The translations under genes and the position numbers were made by a program. This document shows positions 29,098 to 32,000 of a stretch of DNA of 32,000 nucleotides, piece after piece. The stretch is taken from contig JAUIDC010000001.1 of NCBI GenBank assembly GCA_030429145.1, positions 390,001-422,000 on the forward strand, written 5' to 3'. The notes under the pieces were generated by a model, which saw only the letters and a list, made by a program, of their open reading frames with translations, was not told the origin of the DNA and did no database searches. This DNA comes from Candidatus Saccharimonadota bacterium (GTDB lineage Bacteria > Patescibacteriota > Gracilibacteria > Absconditabacterales > Absconditicoccaceae). The stretch's first letter is position 1. Each line of letters starts with the position of its first letter.

Positions 29098-29778
29098 ATG
29101 ATAGTACGTTTAGATAAATATTTAGCTGGACTTGGACTTGTGTCTCGCCGTGATGCAGGTAGGGCTGTGAAGGCATGACATGTTTTTGTCGATGGAGAAT
29201 TGGCAAAGAAAAGTGATGTGAAAATCACAGAATGACAAATAATTTCCTATCTGGGTCAGGATATACAGGTCAGAGAGCATGTATATGTGTTGCTGCATAA
29301 ACCACAATGATATGTTTGCTCCGAATTAGACGAGGGCGGACATTTGTCGTATAAGGTGTTATTGGAGGAGTGTGTCTATGCGCCGATGCTTCATGTGGCT
29401 GGCAGATTGGACCAAGATACAGAGTGATTGGTATTGTGTACCAGCGATGGTCAGTTTACTCATGATATCATCTCTCCGAAAAAGAAACAGGAAAAAGAGT
29501 ACTATGTGTCTCTGAGAGATCCCATCAGTGATGAAGATATCAAAAAGCTCGAACTGTGAGTCGAGCTAGATGATGGATATTTGACTATGCCTGCACAGGT
29601 GCAAAGACTTTCTGAGAAGGACATACAACTGACTATTCACGAATGAAAGTATCATCAGGTGAAACGCATGGTAGAATCATTAGACAATGAGGTCGTTTAT
29701 CTACGTCGCGATAGAATTGGTGATTGGACTTTGGAGGGCCTGGAAAAATGAGAGCGGAGGTATATTGATAAGGAGTAG
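29098..29778 (+). CDS. rsuA: 16S rRNA pseudouridine synthase, RsuA family (S4 domain + catalytic domain), 226 aa
   Basis: MIVRLDKYLAGLGLVSRRDA (S4 domain), GRLDQDTE-G(UGA 29425-29427)-LVL with the catalytic Asp, HE-G-KYHQVKRM, and GE[CGG]RYI at the C-terminus. 681 nt with 7 in-frame TGA. The start lies 2 nt after the DedA stop. Confidence 0.85.
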
Positions 29779-29784
29779 CTCTTT

Positions 29785-30690
29785 CTATTTTCCATAGCTA
29801 CCGAAGCCACACATGGCATGATAAGATGGAGAAACAGTTCCATTTACTGCGCAGGTGTTGATGTGGTTTTGTGCTTCAACTGATGATCAGAAATTTTTTG
29901 GGAGAATAGTGCCGTTGTCGCGATTGACCTTGTAGACGCCGTTAAACTTTCGGATGGCGTATCTTCTGCCGTTGGGAGCTGTGATGATAAGGCGGTTTTG
30001 GTGCTCAAGATAGTTGATGAGCTCGTCAAGTGAGTTGGTGCGTCTCGATAGCACCACTTCTTCGCTTTCGCCTCTACTGAACATATAGTAGATGTCGCTA
30101 TGCCAAAGAGAGTACGCCTTTCCATTGGCTGTATAGTAGCGCTGGATAAACGTTAAACCATCTGTTGATCCTGTGGTTTCTTTCGGAGGAATATAGGGAC
30201 CATCATACTGAGCGTCGTCACTCTTTCCTTCAAGTGCGTTTACGACAGCAAAGTTGAGAAAATAAAGATATGCAAACTTGATTCTGTCGTCAAAAGTGAG
30301 TAGTTCATCCTTATATTTCGCCCACATATCTGGGAGGAGAGCTCTCAATGATGATCTCAGCTTTGAGGTTGAGCTTCTGTCTTGCTCTACTCGAAGAGTA
30401 TACACAAGACCAGTATAGAGAGCTTCGTACTCTCTTTTTTGCGCATCGTTTGGCACTCCAAGATAGTTGATGTTTGTGTCCCACTCTTTCATGTAGGCCT
30501 GAAAATGTGCTTTGCTGTCGATTTCTTCCTTGATAATCATGACAGCTGAAGGGACATTGCAGTTTTTATCTGCAAAATTATATTGCCGTCCGGCACTTGG
30601 AGCGATATTGCAGGCGGCACTGATGCCAAAAATACCAATAATAAAGCTTGCTGCTGAAAATATTCATTTTACGAGATGGCGAGACATCAT
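29785..30690 (-). CDS. predicted lipoprotein of unknown function, 301 aa
   Basis: Extending track ORF 29887..30540 through TGAs gives MMSRHLVK-G-IFSAASFIIGIFGISAAC, a signal peptide with lipobox-like ISAAC. The C-terminus runs through TGA 29887 to TAG 29785-29787. 906 nt, divisible by 3. Confidence 0.6.
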
Positions 30691-30768
30691 CGATCTCTTA
30701 GAGAATAAATACTGGTAATCTACGGTTTTTTACTGGCAATGCAACGCTAACTCACTATACTCTCGTAC

Positions 30769-31164
30769 ATGAAGCAAAAGTCATCAATCCTCGCGCTTGA
30801 CTGGGGTAAGAAATATATAGGAGCCGCATATGTGCTGGAAGGGACCAGCATTGTTTTTCCGATAGGATATATACTCAATGATGCTGCACTGATAGGGGCT
30901 CTTTCGGAGATAGTGTCTCGTTATAGAGTGAGGCATATCGTGATATGATTGCCTCATGATGATCGAGCAAAAGGACAGATAGAGCGCTTTGCAAAGACGC
31001 TCTCTAGGGTGACTGATGAGAAGATGGAGATAGAACTCGTTGATGAGGACTATACAAGTGTGCAGGCGTGAGAAACAACAGGGAACTATAAGAAAAATGT
31101 TGCTGAAGATACTATAGCTGCCATGATCATACTAGAGCGTCGATTGGAGCTCAACAAGAAATAA
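30769..31164 (+). CDS. ruvX: Holliday-junction resolvase-like / pre-16S rRNA nuclease RuvX (YqgF), 131 aa
   Basis: ILALDWGKKYIGAAY (lalD.G.kriGvA), HIVI-G-LPH, VDEDYTSVQA, DTIAAMIILER[CGA]LE. 396 nt with 2 in-frame TGA. Confidence 0.8.
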
Positions 31165-31192
31165 GAAAAAAGCCCCTTTGGGAGCTTTTTTT
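31165..31192. terminator. bidirectional terminator between ruvX and the convergent membrane-protein gene
   Basis: AAAAAAGCCCC-ttt-GGGAGCTTTTTTT, with one bulged A. Confidence 0.55.
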
Positions 31193-31193
31193 A

Positions 31194-32000
31194 TTATTTC
31201 TGTTGTTTATCTCACTGATTGTTTTGTGTTCCTGCTGTTGGCTTTGGCGTCGGTGCCGGAGTTGGTGTTGGTGTCGGAATGCTTGTAGGAGTGGCCCCTT
31301 GTTCAGGGTTTTCTTCTTCCTTTCTTTGCATTCTTGCTTTTACCGCAAAGATAACAACAAGAAGAACAAATCACCCTCCTAGTATGCCGACTACTCGTAA
31401 GATAATCTTAACGACTGTGCTGAGGCCTCCGGAACTACCACCTGTGTTCGTTGGAATGTCTGTCGTCGGTGCATCTGGGTTGACACAGCTCGTTCCCTCT
31501 ATTGAGTAGTAAAAGATGATTTCACATCTTTGTTGCTGTACTTGAGAGAGGTCGTCGGCATCTATCTCATTGTTGTCATGAGCTGCCTGTGCGATGGCAA
31601 GTATTTGGTCTAGTGTGTCTCTCACGACTCCCTTGTCTCCGTCCGATGATTCGATAGAGATGAAGAGCTGTTCTGCTTCTAGTCTTCTGTTTGCTGGGAG
31701 AAGGTAGAGTATTCCTTGTTTAGCATTGTTGTATACTGTTCCACCAAGAGCAGACTGTCCGCTTTCATTGGTGAGAGGAACGATTGCTTCTATGATGCTG
31801 TCTCTGAGGTTTGAACCTATGCTATTTGGGTTCATCTCCAAGTAGTCGTAGATCTGTACGATAATAGACTGAGCTGCTGCTGGATCTATCAGATTGTTTC
31901 TCAGATTGAGTAGGAGAGTCTTCAAGAATGCTGCGTCTTCAGGTGTTTGATCGATAAGCACATTCAGATCTCCATATGTTCTTTTGAGCTCTTCTGGGAG
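31194..32000 (-). CDS. hypothetical protein with C-terminal TM anchor and Pro/Thr-rich tail; 5' end lies beyond the window (268 aa visible)
   Basis: The frame is open from the window edge (LPEELKRTYGDLNVLIDQ...) through TGA 31371 and TGA 31212 to TAA 31194-31196. A TM helix (VVKIILRVVGILGG-G-FVLLVVIFAV) is followed by KARMQRKEEE and TPTSIPTPTPTPAPTPKPT. Confidence 0.55.

Noticed and set aside
31219-31320. GGTGTTGGTGTCGG-like short tandem repeats, which could be a repeat array or CRISPR-like element.
   Set aside because: On the coding (minus) strand they simply encode the Pro/Thr-rich low-complexity tail (TPTPTPAPTPKPT). There is no spacer/repeat periodicity.
1-32000. The fragmented ORF track could mean a decaying, pseudogene-rich genome or an indel-ridden assembly.
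   Set aside because: Adjacent fragments are always in the same reading frame and separated by a single TGA. Gene lengths become multiples of 3 with normal family sizes, and TGA coincides with invariant Gly. Frameshifts or random nonsense mutations would also produce TAA/TAG and frame changes, and none were seen.
1-32000. UGA could encode Trp (table 4, Mycoplasma-like), given the low GC.
   Set aside because: The diagnostic columns are glycines (SGGxDS, TVGYG, GxGLAAPQ, DTEGL, GTPGxSDPG), not tryptophans. Trp columns are instead UGG, CGA or CGG.

Overview
This is a gene-dense (roughly 90% coding), low-GC bacterial chromosomal segment; I hand-counted a few 60-nt lines at about 32-40% GC. It holds about 33 protein genes and 2 tRNAs. 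I found no rRNA, CRISPR array, transposase or integrase. The six-frame track looks like a field of broken genes, but every break is an in-frame TGA. Wherever the family is recognisable, that TGA sits on an invariant glycine: TilS PP-loop SGGxDS, K+ channel TVGYG, Def GxGLAAPQ, RsuA DTEGL, RsmI GTPGxSDPG, and the PBP transglycosylase and DEAD-box motifs. The DNA therefore reads UGA as Gly (translation table 25), which points to Gracilibacteria/Absconditabacteria in the CPR/Patescibacteria. Rejoining fragments on that basis gives full-length genes with tight or overlapping junctions. A second recoding layer is the main result. CGA and CGG repeatedly fall on invariant tryptophan or aromatic positions, while every invariant arginine I could check uses AGA, AGG, CGU or CGC. 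The Trp positions include the K+ channel pore-helix WW, at least six conserved photolyase Trp sites (two of the three electron-transfer-triad residues among them), FemAB QSxxW and llqWE, and RsuA GEWR. CGA/CGG therefore appear to be reassigned Arg to Trp. Gene content in order: a pilT operon, tilS, a DUF177 protein, a 6TM K+ channel, and an AbrB-like regulator with an MFP and RND efflux pump. Next come photolyase, a glycosyltransferase, rsmI, a RelE/AbrB toxin-antitoxin pair, two DedA proteins, a DEAD-box helicase and tRNA-Cys. These are followed by a T9SS-CTD secreted protein, a CofE-like ligase, a FemAB-family protein, a His/Cys-rich small protein, def and tRNA-Ser. The window ends with a LysM-CHAP hydrolase, a 1052-aa class A PBP, dnaX, rsuA, a lipoprotein, ruvX and a partial membrane-anchored protein. 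Four other oddities stand out. A ~50% GC Bacteroidota-type T9SS-sorted protein gene with no UGA-Gly codons sits next to tRNA-Cys. A GT-B glycosyltransferase has its two Rossmann domains in swapped (circularly permuted) order. An A10 slippery run in dnaX has stops in both alternative frames. A 154-aa ORF has putative Arg codons that are mostly CGA/CGG.
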